64,000 nucleotides of DNA from a virus: the IMG/VR virus record IMGVR_UViG_3300045988_175974. One strand, given 5' to 3'. Both the position numbers and the translations under genes were made by a program. This document shows positions 8,066-16,818 of this stretch, one piece after another (position 1 is the stretch's first letter; each line of letters opens with the position of its first letter). The notes beneath the pieces are model-generated. The model searched no databases. It was not told the origin of the DNA and was given only the letters and a program-made list of their open reading frames with translations.

Positions 8066-8680
8066 TTAGAACGGCAGGTCGCTGTTAGGATCATCGTAAC
8101 CTGGCATTGATGAGTAATCATTGCCTCCATCTGCTGGCGGTACATAGGCGGTAGCGTTGCCAGCGGCTCCGTAGGCTTGCTGTGGGTACGTCTGCTGCTG
8201 GGCGGTAGGCTGTGGCTGATAGAGGCTGGCGATACGCTTATTCATGCGGGTGCGGATTGCCTTGAAGAGGTGAGAGTTCTCATCGTTGAAATCCTGATTT
8301 ACGATGTCAGGGTCTTTCTCCTTACTATACTCCTTTACCTGTTCTACGAGTTTCGGGAATGCTTTGGCTACTGCCTTGACGTACTCGGTGGAGAATGATA
8401 TTTGCATTTCGTGGGTAGGCACACTTTTTTCGGTGTCGCCACGCTCGATATTACTCTGTCGAATCTTATTCTTGTACGAATCTTTAAAAGGTTCGATGTG
8501 AACTCTCAACTTAGCCACCTGTCTGTTAACATTATCTTTTTGATATGTCTCTATTCGAATTTCGTTTACATCGAGAGGAATGCAAACATAAGGACGCTTT
8601 GCATTCTTCTCATCGATACCTACTAAGACCTTTGCTCCATTCAGAGACAAAAGGTCAACATTTCCATTGTAAGAAGCCAT
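8066..8680 (-). CDS. putative single-stranded-DNA-binding-like protein (SSB-type disordered linker plus acidic tip)
   Basis: C-terminal Q/P/G/Y-rich linker ending DDPNSDLPF, the same architecture as the bacterial SSB tail DDDIPF. The N-terminal domain is not a recognisable OB fold by eye. Confidence 0.4.
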   Translation of the reverse strand: MASYNGNVDLLSLNGAKVLVGIDEKNAKRPYVCIPLDVNEIRIETYQKDNVNRQVAKLRVHIEPFKDSYKNKIRQSNIERGDTEKSVPTHEMQISFSTEYVKAVAKAFPKLVEQVKEYSKEKDPDIVNQDFNDENSHLFKAIRTRMNKRIASLYQPQPTAQQQTYPQQAYGAAGNATAYVPPADGGNDYSSMPGYDDPNSDLPF

Positions 8681-8699
8681 TTTTTACTTTATTTATTTG

Positions 8700-9254
8700 T
8701 TAAAAACTTATTTTCATTCCACCATTGGTGATGAGACTGCCGTAACTGATGGCATTGAGGCGACGGAGCCAGCCTGCCTCAAATTCTTTCTGGCTAGGAC
8801 GCTTGGCGAAGACGCGTGCGATATACTGCTTGCGGCGTGCCTTGATGCGCTCGAAGAACTGCTTAGGGGGCTGTGCATTGAGCGCCTTGAGGGTCTTGCT
8901 GCCCACGATACCATCGGCGGTTACTCCTAGCATTGCCTGCACGAGGGTGATGCCTGGGGTACCACTAAGCCATACCCAATCTACCAGGATATTGGCGATG
9001 CTCTGGTCTTTGATAGCATCGGCTTTCCATCGGTTCCAATAACAGCGGCGAAGGATGGAGATAGCATCGGCTTTGGTGATAAGCTTCACGTCCTTTGCGT
9101 CTATGCGGCCATCGTTATTCTTGTCGTAACCTTGGGTCTGCCAGGTTTTGAGGGTTACGCCCATGTTGGTAGGACCGCCCTTATCGTTTGGGTGGTTCAC
9201 GTAACCTCCCTCGAAGGAGAGAATGAAATCTGCAAGAGGTTGAATCTTTGCCAT
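8700..9254 (-). CDS. endolysin, GH108-type N-acetylmuramidase with C-terminal peptidoglycan-binding domain
   Basis: FEGGYVNHPNDKGGPTNMGVT is the hallmark of glycoside hydrolase family 108. GVTADGIVGSKTLKAL resembles PG_binding_3. Confidence 0.85.
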   Translation of the reverse strand: MAKIQPLADFILSFEGGYVNHPNDKGGPTNMGVTLKTWQTQGYDKNNDGRIDAKDVKLITKADAISILRRCYWNRWKADAIKDQSIANILVDWVWLSGTPGITLVQAMLGVTADGIVGSKTLKALNAQPPKQFFERIKARRKQYIARVFAKRPSQKEFEAGWLRRLNAISYGSLITNGGMKISF

Positions 9255-9287
9255 ATCTTTTCTGTTTTATCGTTTTTATTCTGATGG

Positions 9288-9323
9288 CAAAGATAGCAAA
9301 TGCTAAAAAGATGACGGGGACAA
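9288..9323 (-). promoter_or_regulatory. TTGTCCC-N21-TAnnTTTG promoter-like motif P2 (upstream of endolysin)
   Basis: Minus strand TTGTCCCCGTCATCTTTTTAGCATTTGCTATCTTTG. The -7 box ends 33 nt before ATG 9254. Confidence 0.6.
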
Positions 9324-9444
9324 AGAAAGCCTCCCTGCGGCTTTTACAGGCGCAAAGAGGCTTCAAAAAATGTTATCCCAATCTTTTTACTTTAAATACT
9401 TGCACTCGCTAGTGCGAAATCCATATTACCTATATCAAAACAAA

Positions 9445-9945
9445 CTACATCGTAGCGTGAGCGGACATATAGTCCCATATCTTAGTACAATCGTCTTCTT
9501 CGGGTTGCCAGTCAGCATCCTGGAAATAGAAGAGATAAGCTGCCTTGATGATTTCATCTTCTGTCATATCGCTGCACAGGTCAGCATACATGGCATTAAA
9601 GGCAACATATTTATCCCAATCGTTCACCTTTTCACGGAACTTCATGCCCTTGGTGGCATTCACTATCTGCGATTTGGTCCAATGCGCTCCGGATCCTACC
9701 AACTCACCATTCTCACCTTTCTTGCTGTACACAAGATGGCAGACATCATGGTTGGCCATTTTCTCACTGTAATGACGATCATAGAACACTGCGTGCTGGT
9801 GACGGAGGATGCACCAGTACAATTCCGGATTTGTTTCCTCCAGGGAGGCGAGGTCGCAGCTCAACTGCTCCATCGCCTCCATCATCTTCTTCTCAGTAGC
9901 CACGCCGTGAGCGCGGGCCTGATCTATCAACTGAATATACTTCAT
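9445..9945 (-). CDS. hypothetical protein
   Basis: 166-aa ORF; no motif recognised. Confidence 0.55.
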   Translation of the reverse strand: MKYIQLIDQARAHGVATEKKMMEAMEQLSCDLASLEETNPELYWCILRHQHAVFYDRHYSEKMANHDVCHLVYSKKGENGELVGSGAHWTKSQIVNATKGMKFREKVNDWDKYVAFNAMYADLCSDMTEDEIIKAAYLFYFQDADWQPEEDDCTKIWDYMSAHATM

Positions 9946-9977
9946 CGTCTCTTACCTTTCCTTTTGTTGGTGGATAG

Positions 9978-10400
9978 TCATGCGATGGTGAGTGTTAACG
10001 GAGCATCGCACACGAAAGTCTTGCTGCAGGAGCAGCAGGCTACCTTGACAAGACGGTTTTTCACGCTGCCAAGAGATGTGGTAACGTTCGTGATTGCCGT
10101 AGCAGAGAAGACAGGAATGGTGAAATCCTGACTTACTACCTGCGAGCGGGTGCAGCAGGAGCCACAGTTGCAAGGCACGTAACTGATAACACCCTCTACA
10201 TGAATCGTTATGAGATATTGCGAAGTACCCACGTTGTCAATACTCTTTACAGAGAACTGAGGGTTGAAAACCGGAGTCTCGTCCACACATGAAGGAGCAC
10301 AGAGCTGCTGCGTGATATTTACATCATAATAGGGAGCAGTGGCGGTTGCACCTACTGCAAGCGTAGCCATGATGCAGGCTGGAATTGTTCTTTTGTTCAT
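9978..10400 (-). CDS. secreted or lipid-anchored Cys-rich protein
   Basis: N-terminal signal-like segment MNKRTIPACIMATLAVGATA and 14 Cys (CNCGSCC, ACCSCS). Confidence 0.5.
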   Translation of the reverse strand: MNKRTIPACIMATLAVGATATAPYYDVNITQQLCAPSCVDETPVFNPQFSVKSIDNVGTSQYLITIHVEGVISYVPCNCGSCCTRSQVVSQDFTIPVFSATAITNVTTSLGSVKNRLVKVACCSCSKTFVCDAPLTLTIA

Positions 10401-10441
10401 AGTCTTTTCTGTTTTAATAGAGCGACGACTTCACCGCCGCA

Positions 10442-10864
10442 TTAATGTTTCACCTGATAGCCCTGCGTCTTCTCTACCGGAAGGTTCTTCTGAAGAAGGT
10501 CGGCGAGTTCGTCAAGATCCTCCTCGTCAAAGGTTATCACACCCTCCAGGATAGAGAGCGGTCCTTTGTAGCGAAGCTGCTCTACCACATCGTGCGCCAT
10601 CTGCGGAATGCTCTCTTCGGGAATGTTCCCGAAATACTTGGCGAGCATCGGGGTGACAAGCGCATTGACCACAGGCTGAATCATCGGTTCTATATCGGCT
10701 TGCAGAGAATAGTTGCCGCTCACCAGTCCCATGCTGCCGATGGTAGCCTGGAGAGACTGGAGCATAGGCAAGTTCATCAGATTGCCAGCCGCTATCTGAG
10801 AGATGGCAGGGCGTGCCCATTCGGACACCACCGCTGCCAGGATTTGCGAGTTCTTGTAATCCAT
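10442..10864 (-). CDS. hypothetical protein
   Basis: 140-aa ORF. Confidence 0.5.
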   Translation of the reverse strand: MDYKNSQILAAVVSEWARPAISQIAAGNLMNLPMLQSLQATIGSMGLVSGNYSLQADIEPMIQPVVNALVTPMLAKYFGNIPEESIPQMAHDVVEQLRYKGPLSILEGVITFDEEDLDELADLLQKNLPVEKTQGYQVKH

Positions 10865-10894
10865 ATCGTTTCTTCCTTTTATCCGAAAATACGG

Positions 10895-11407
10895 TTACTG
10901 ATTACAAGCGCATCCACATCCCATCTGACAAACATTGCCCGATGGAATCATCAACTTAGTAACATTCAAAAGTGAAGCCACCTGCGATTTCAGCACGTCG
11001 ATATTGGCGTTGGCAGCGGCATTGTATGCCATCTGCTCTGCGTTGACCGCCTGCTGTGCATCCTTGTTGGCATCCACCTTGTTTTCGAGCTGGCGAATCT
11101 TACCGTCAAGATACTGAGTAACCTCTACCATCTTCTTGTCGGTATAGTTCTCACTCTTCTGGATAGCAAGTTCCGTCTTCAATGTAGAGTTCTCCTGAAT
11201 AAGGTTGGTCTCACTCTTGGTTACAAAGCGTGCATCCGGATCACTCGGATTGGCAGTCATGCCATTGTTGCCTCTGCCGAGGTTAAACAAGGATGCACCG
11301 CCACCCAGCAAACTGGTAGCCAAACCTGCGATACCAAGTCCAAGGGCGGTATTACCCAATCCCTTGCTGGCAACATCATAGTTGCCATCATTCGTTTTTA
11401 CCTGCAT
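10895..11407 (-). CDS. membrane-anchored coiled-coil protein with Cys-rich C-terminus
   Basis: Gly-zipper hydrophobic segment GNTALGLGIAGLATSLLGGGASLF, then heptad-like region; ends CQMGCGCACNQ. A TACCTTTG -7 box lies at 11449-11456. Confidence 0.55.
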   Translation of the reverse strand: MQVKTNDGNYDVASKGLGNTALGLGIAGLATSLLGGGASLFNLGRGNNGMTANPSDPDARFVTKSETNLIQENSTLKTELAIQKSENYTDKKMVEVTQYLDGKIRQLENKVDANKDAQQAVNAEQMAYNAAANANIDVLKSQVASLLNVTKLMIPSGNVCQMGCGCACNQ

Positions 11408-11545
11408 AGTTTTTTGTGTTTAAATTCTTCCAATATCGGAATCGTATGCAAAGGTAATAGGAATGAAGTAAACAGAAAAGTGATTTTCATTAGATGTTCT
11501 TGCGGATAAATCATGAAGCAGGAACACTAATAGACAGATAAGAAA

Positions 11546-11592
11546 AAGTACAAACGTGCAGAAGTACATAAGTACAAATGTACTTTGGTACC
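11546..11592. repeat. cluster of AAGTACA heptamers (3 direct, 1 inverted) plus GGTACC
   Basis: aagtaca at 11546, 11562 and 11570; tgtactt at 11579; ggtacc at 11587. Confidence 0.8.
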
Positions 11593-11595
11593 AAA

Positions 11596-12500
11596 TTACA
11601 TGGTTTCTTCCAAAGCCTTGATATACGGGATGGCTTCGTCCCTGATAATGTCGAGAAAGAGTTGTGCAGAACGCTTCATAGGTACATCCTTCATCCAGTG
11701 GGCATTGCTCATCAGTTCTTCTCCTATGCCCTGGATAGGACGAGCTATAAGGGTAGGGTGATTCTTCAGATACAGCTTCGGCATAAAAGTAACCAGGTGA
11801 GTATCTTCTATGATGGCAAGGTCTTCGTCTGGGTCGCTGACGATACACTTTACGCTTAATTGGTGAGATCGTTCTGCAAATATTGCTGAAAAGTGTTGAA
11901 AACACGTTCGCCTACATCGGGCATGATGACACCGTGCTTCAGCAGGTCATCGTATGTTACCTTATCTTTCCTGGCAAGAGGGTGTGTGTTTCGCATGATG
12001 GCGCAAATACTGAATGGGATGCAGGGCTGGCTCTCGATGCCCTCGTTGGTATAGGCTTCGTTCATCGTAAAAGCGAGATCCAGTATGTGGTCTCGCAACA
12101 GGCGGTTCAGGCTCGTTGCCTTGGAAAATTCGGCATTCACTCTTACGTTAGGGTATCGCTCCATGAATATAAGTGCAGCCATACGGATATAGGGTGCGAT
12201 AAAGGAACCGACACCGATGCGCAGTTCTCCGGTCATGCAGTTGTTGAGTGCATTGATATGCTCCTTGCAGTCTTCCGTCAACTTCAGTATTTCCTTGGCA
12301 CGTGGCAGAAGAGCCTCCCCGTTCTCGGTGAGCATGATGCTGTGCGATGTGCGTATCAACAGCTTGCAGCCCAGTTCATCCTCCAGAGCCTTGATGTGCT
12401 GACTGATGGCGGATTGGGTGACAAAACATCGGGTGGCGGCGATGCTAAAAGAAAGCGTCTCTGCCACATACATAAACGAACGCAAATGTCTTAGTTCCAT
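11596..12500 (-). pseudogene. LysR-family transcriptional regulator interrupted by a 1-nt frameshift near 11856-11862
   Basis: N-terminal HTH MELRHLRSFMYVAETLSFSIAATRCFVTQSAISQHIKALE plus substrate-binding domain in ORF 11856..12500. The C-terminal part (SVKCIVSDPDEDLAIIEDTHLVTFMPKLYLKNHPTLIARPIQ...) continues in another frame to 11596. Combined length ~300 aa is typical of LysR. Confidence 0.7.
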
Positions 12501-12548
12501 AATCTTCTACTCTTTTAGTTACACTATATATATTAAAATTTTATGCTG

Positions 12549-12556
12549 CAAAAATA
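12549..12556 (-). promoter_or_regulatory. -7 box TATTTTTG upstream of the LysR gene
   Basis: Matches the Bacteroides TAnnTTTG consensus; 49 nt upstream of ATG 12500 in an AT-rich gap. Confidence 0.45.
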
Positions 12557-12649
12557 AGAAAAATATTCTATGCGGAAACGCATTTTGCATAAAAAAATCT
12601 AATTATGGGATAAGATATTAAAAAATGAAAGATATTTGCAGTTTTAAAT

Positions 12650-12701
12650 GCGAAAAGCCCCGGTATCTTGCCTTATTTTACTAAGGATCAATACCGAGGC
12701 T
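12650..12701 (-). terminator. hairpin plus T-run terminator after 12866..13444
   Basis: AGCC(C)CGGTAT ... ATACCG(A)GGCT stem, followed on the minus strand by TTTTCG. Confidence 0.5.
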
Positions 12702-12865
12702 TTGATTTATAGAGTGTAAATTGCCAATGGAACGCATTGGATAGGTGAGCGATTATTCATCATTCTCGCCAAGCATAGCGGTTTCATCATTGATAGATGC
12801 TACCTGCTTGCTCCGCTTAGATGACTGCCGGGGAGCGGAATTGGTATCGCTCTTGTCAGTTCCGC

Positions 12866-13444
12866 TTACACTTCCCCCGCTGTGCCTGCACCATTGCAGA
12901 GAGAATCCCATCCACTTTCTGGTGCGGCAATCTCATAACGGCCGAAAGTTGTCGGACTGAGGGAACCGCTCAGTGTAACTACACGATCATCTTCTGGTTT
13001 TTTGCCCGTGTCTCCTTTAATATTACCGGAGTCGTATTTGAAGTCGTGCTGCTTGTCGTAAACGATGATTGATTTATCACCGTCCTCGATGATATAACCA
13101 CACTTGAGGTTATTGAGACCACGAGCCACATAAGCAGTATCGGCATTTACGCTCTCAAGAACGTAGTCCAAGGTCTGCTTGAAACCCTTCTGGAAACCGA
13201 GGTTCTCCCAGGTGTGACCCTGACCGCCATCCTGGCACTCAAACTTGTAGAGACCCTTACCTTTCTTGAAGGACGCAGCAGTCAGCGCTGCATAGGTGTT
13301 CTTACCTTTCTCTGGTGAGAGAGGAGCAGCAAGCTCACTCTTGATAAAGACATATACGTTTACGCCAAGACCGCCGAAATTTTCCAAGCAATCGTTCTCG
13401 GAAAGCAAATCCTTGATCTCTGGGCATGTTACTGTTTCTGCCAT
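12866..13444 (-). CDS. hypothetical structural protein (directly downstream of capsid gene)
   Basis: 192-aa ORF; call from position only. Confidence 0.55.
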   Translation of the reverse strand: MAETVTCPEIKDLLSENDCLENFGGLGVNVYVFIKSELAAPLSPEKGKNTYAALTAASFKKGKGLYKFECQDGGQGHTWENLGFQKGFKQTLDYVLESVNADTAYVARGLNNLKCGYIIEDGDKSIIVYDKQHDFKYDSGNIKGDTGKKPEDDRVVTLSGSLSPTTFGRYEIAAPESGWDSLCNGAGTAGEV

Positions 13445-13465
13445 AATTGTATCTTTTTTGATGAT

Positions 13466-13517
13466 TAAACGAAATGGCGGCGGAAGCCATATCCCGCCAG
13501 GTCAAGCGACCGCCGCC
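13466..13517 (-). terminator. GC-rich stem (GGCGGCGG/CCGCCGCC) plus T-rich tail downstream of capsid gene
   Basis: 8-bp GC stem 13476-13483 / 13510-13517, followed on the minus strand by ATTTCGTTT. Confidence 0.5.
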
Positions 13518-13550
13518 GAGGATTTATAGAGGACTGCCTTTTTGCCTGTT

Positions 13551-13582
13551 GGACCAGCGATGGAATCGCTGGGAACGGGGGC
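13551..13582 (+). repeat. hairpin repeat copy 4
   Basis: ggaccagcgatggaatcgctgggaacgggggc; 11 nt after the capsid stop codon (13594-13596). Confidence 0.95.
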
Positions 13583-13593
13583 AGGGGAGGGGG

Positions 13594-14883
13594 TTAACCC
13601 TTCTTGAAGAAGGCGGTGATACCCATGCTCATACCGGTGGCGGCGAACTGAATCTTCTTCTCCTTGCTGCCAGTGCTCCAGTGAGAGAATACATCGGTAG
13701 TGCCCTCTGCCTCCAGGGTAATAACCTGGTTAGGAGTTGTGCCTACTGGCTTAGTGTACTCTACGCCGTTTACCTTCACCTTACCATCGGTAACAGGAGA
13801 AGCATCCTCCATTGCGGTTGTTACAACAAGGTTAGAATTGGTGTAATCACCAGCTACGTACTCTGCTGTTGCAAGGTTGCCGTCTGACATCGCAAAGGCG
13901 TATTTGAACGGATTGCGGATACCTGCGCCCTGAATTGACTGAATCTGGAACTGGATGTCGCGCATATCGTCATCGGTACCCACCTTAACGCCTACGTAAG
14001 TCTTGTTACCCTCAGAGTCAACTGCATAGACGAAGTTCTTAGGGATGGTAACGTACATACGATCACCCTCACCGAAATCTGCGATAGGGCAGAGTGTTAC
14101 ACGAGAGAGACCTGGAAGCTTGAAGTTACCGCCGTCCTCGTACTCAACCTTGAAGTTGCCGTGGAACTTGTTAGCGTAACCTGCAGCGATGTACTGAGCT
14201 GTCAACTCGCTCATGTAAACGAGAACGTTCTGCTTGCGCAGACGGGCATCCCACTTCAGGTGCCATGCCAGGAAGTTGTCGTATGGAGTAGAGTCGTTGT
14301 TGTCAGAAGGCTCTGCGATTGACTCGCAAGGAATCAAGTTGCCATTAGCCTCGCTGATAAGACCATCCTCGATGTCATGCTTGACACAGGTATGGAAACC
14401 GTCATACAACGCCATAGCCTGCTGTGAAGCTGGAGTGCTCTCATCACCCTTGTCAAGACTGATGTCACCATTCCACAAACAAGCGGTAAGGTTATCGGCA
14501 TAGTTGGCAAGGATAGCAGTAGCAGCCTCGGTAGCGAGAGGGTACTGACCCTGAGCGTCTGTACCGAATACCGTTTCGCAGTACTTATCGATGTTATCAG
14601 TGTAATGATCCCAGGCGAGCTTAACTGTGATTGTACGTTCTTTCAGGAATCCTACCTCGCTGTTCACCTTAGTGTGAACGTCCTTACGGCGGGTGGTACC
14701 ACCCTTGCGGAGCAGAATATGGATGGTGCGCTTATACTGAACACCGGAAACGATGTCGATACCCAAGCGGTCCATCTCCTCTGCATCGGTGTAACCTGGA
14801 CCCATGAGGATTTCCTTAGTTACCTGCTCGGCTACGTGCTGCAAGGCAGTAGTGCCGATAAAATCTTTAGGAAGTGTTGCCAT
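13594..14883 (-). CDS. putative major capsid protein
   Basis: 429-aa ORF immediately downstream of the protease-scaffold gene and followed by a strong hairpin. Call rests on position and size only. Confidence 0.6.
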   Translation of the reverse strand: MATLPKDFIGTTALQHVAEQVTKEILMGPGYTDAEEMDRLGIDIVSGVQYKRTIHILLRKGGTTRRKDVHTKVNSEVGFLKERTITVKLAWDHYTDNIDKYCETVFGTDAQGQYPLATEAATAILANYADNLTACLWNGDISLDKGDESTPASQQAMALYDGFHTCVKHDIEDGLISEANGNLIPCESIAEPSDNNDSTPYDNFLAWHLKWDARLRKQNVLVYMSELTAQYIAAGYANKFHGNFKVEYEDGGNFKLPGLSRVTLCPIADFGEGDRMYVTIPKNFVYAVDSEGNKTYVGVKVGTDDDMRDIQFQIQSIQGAGIRNPFKYAFAMSDGNLATAEYVAGDYTNSNLVVTTAMEDASPVTDGKVKVNGVEYTKPVGTTPNQVITLEAEGTTDVFSHWSTGSKEKKIQFAATGMSMGITAFFKKG

Positions 14884-14960
14884 AATTTCAAATAATAATT
14901 AAAAAAATGAATAAGAATGTTTTAACCTGAATACTTAGTGTTATCCTGATGCTGGAGGGG

Positions 14961-16514
14961 TTACTCCTCGCCTCGCTTGAAACGCTCGAAAGCTGCCTTG
15001 CGCTCTGCATTGGTCTTATACTTCGATGGGTCAAACTCACGGAGGTTCTGAGCCTTTGCACCCTCACCGTTGTTCTGAGGTGCTGCGCCCTGTGCTGGCT
15101 CCTCACCTGGGTTCTCGTTCAACTCAGCAATCTGAGCGTCCTTGTCGGCGATGGTCTGCTGGGCAGTAGCGAGTGAAGCCTGGGCAGTCTTCAACTCCTC
15201 ATCTACCTTAGCCTTCTCCTCATCAGCCTTTGCCTTAGCGTCGTTGAGGGCTTTGATGTCCTCATCTGCCTTAGCCTTTGCCTCTTTCAGATTCTTGATT
15301 TCCTCGTCCTTCTGGGCGATGGTCTCAGCGAGTGCGTCGTGCTTTGCCTGAAGGTCGGCAAGACTCTGCTCTGCTGTGGTGGCTTTCTGCTTTGCATCAG
15401 CCACAACCTGCTCCTGCGATGCGAGATGAGCTTCGAGGGTGTCGAGCAATGGGGCATTCATGAATGCGCCTTCCTCCTTCACCTCAATCTGCTGACCATC
15501 CTGCATACCGCAAGCGGCATTGATCTTTGGATAATTTGCCATATTGATTTGATTTTTGGTGTTTGTATGTTGATGATTTTCTTGTGTGCGCTTGATAGGC
15601 TCGGCTGCGCCGTTGTAAAGGTCGAAGCAACGCTTTACGCAAGAGAAGAAATCACTCTGATCATCCATCAGGATTCCCTTCACTTCCTCGGCATCGAATA
15701 CCTTACCATGAAGGTGCTCATCCTTTGCAGCAGGACAGGCTTTCTTGATGTCAGCTCTGAACTCCACGCCTAACTCGGCAAGTTCTTTTACCAGCTTCTC
15801 GCTATCGCCATCATTGGCAATGTCACGGAACTCTCGGTTCTTATCGAAACTCTCAGGGTCGTAAAGCTCGTGATAAGTTTCATCGGTAAACTGATTTTTG
15901 CTACCATCGGCCTGCGTATAGAAGGATGCCATCACACCGATACAACCGATTTCGTCCTTCGGGTGCATGTAGTAACGCTCATCGCAGAGAGATGCGAGAT
16001 ACATACCTGCCGATGCACACATGCCATCGATGAAGGCGATGACTGACTGACCCTGCGAACGGGCATAATTGATAGCCTGCTCATAATCGTTCTTTGCCCA
16101 AGCGGAACCTCCAGGAGTGTTGATAATGAAGATGTGACCTCGACAGAGGGGATGATTGGCCGCATTGATCATCATGTTGCGATGGTCGATAGAACCATAT
16201 GAGCAACCGCCACCATTTCGGGTGATAGGACCATCGACGGTGAGCACAGAAACAAACGGGAAGGTCTGCTCGTTCTCATCCTCCAATGCCCACTGACCTC
16301 TCACTTTCTTTCCATCCTCGGAAATCTGATATTCCTCCGGGTAATAGATGGAGCCATCGGCTGCCTTCACGGTTACGAAGCCGCAAGTAGGTGCTGGGCG
16401 TTCATATACGGCATGCGCATTCAAATTCTGCTCCAATGCCTTTCTAATTCCGTGAACAAAGTCAGGCGAAATCATCCACTTCTTTTCGGTCAGAATTTCA
16501 TAAAGACCTTTCAT
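14961..16514 (-). CDS. prohead protease (S49/ClpP-like) fused to coiled-coil scaffold-like C-terminal half
   Basis: IFIINTPGGSAWAKNDYEQAINYARSQGQSVIAFIDGMCASAGMYLAS resembles the SppA/S49 catalytic region. The C-terminal ~200 aa is Ala/Lys/Glu-rich heptad repeats. Confidence 0.7.
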   Translation of the reverse strand: MKGLYEILTEKKWMISPDFVHGIRKALEQNLNAHAVYERPAPTCGFVTVKAADGSIYYPEEYQISEDGKKVRGQWALEDENEQTFPFVSVLTVDGPITRNGGGCSYGSIDHRNMMINAANHPLCRGHIFIINTPGGSAWAKNDYEQAINYARSQGQSVIAFIDGMCASAGMYLASLCDERYYMHPKDEIGCIGVMASFYTQADGSKNQFTDETYHELYDPESFDKNREFRDIANDGDSEKLVKELAELGVEFRADIKKACPAAKDEHLHGKVFDAEEVKGILMDDQSDFFSCVKRCFDLYNGAAEPIKRTQENHQHTNTKNQINMANYPKINAACGMQDGQQIEVKEEGAFMNAPLLDTLEAHLASQEQVVADAKQKATTAEQSLADLQAKHDALAETIAQKDEEIKNLKEAKAKADEDIKALNDAKAKADEEKAKVDEELKTAQASLATAQQTIADKDAQIAELNENPGEEPAQGAAPQNNGEGAKAQNLREFDPSKYKTNAERKAAFERFKRGEE

Positions 16515-16618
16515 TGTGGGTAATAGAATTTTAAAAATTAATGTATGTTATCGTTATCCTGAAAACAAATCTCCTTACCTTGTTATTATGCTAGAAGACT
16601 ATTGATATTTTCTGAGGG

Positions 16619-16654
16619 CAAAGGTAATGGAAATGCGTGGGCGTATAGGGACAA
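16619..16654 (-). promoter_or_regulatory. TTGTCCC-N21-TAnnTTTG promoter-like motif P3 (upstream of protease-scaffold)
   Basis: Minus strand TTGTCCCTATACGCCCACGCATTTCCATTACCTTTG. Confidence 0.6.
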
Positions 16655-16691
16655 AATAAGCCTATATGCCGAAATAGCTATGATTTAGGGG

Positions 16692-16727
16692 AAAATAAAA
16701 ACCCTGCGATCCTCACGGACGGCAGGG
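16692..16727 (-). terminator. intrinsic terminator after 16819..17307
   Basis: CCCTGC/GCAGGG stem (16702-16707 / 16722-16727), followed on the minus strand by TTTTTATTTT. Confidence 0.65.
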
Positions 16728-16818
16728 CTGAAACTCAAATCTAATTTAACATTATTATGAATATAAGTTTTTTTAAAAAAACTAGAAGATAATTAGATAC
16801 TGATTTTTCTGTAACTAA

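Noticed and set aside
7927-8145. 72-aa ORF here, and the 75-aa ORF 62175..62402, as genes.
   Set aside because: Both are read straight through the three-hairpin palindromic element and A-rich tandem repeats. The similarity between the two is DNA-level and in opposite orientation.
11420-11905. 161-aa minus-strand ORF spanning the LysR gap.
   Set aside because: It is the third frame across the frameshifted LysR region (Arg/Pro-rich nonsense). The two LysR halves account for the coding signal.
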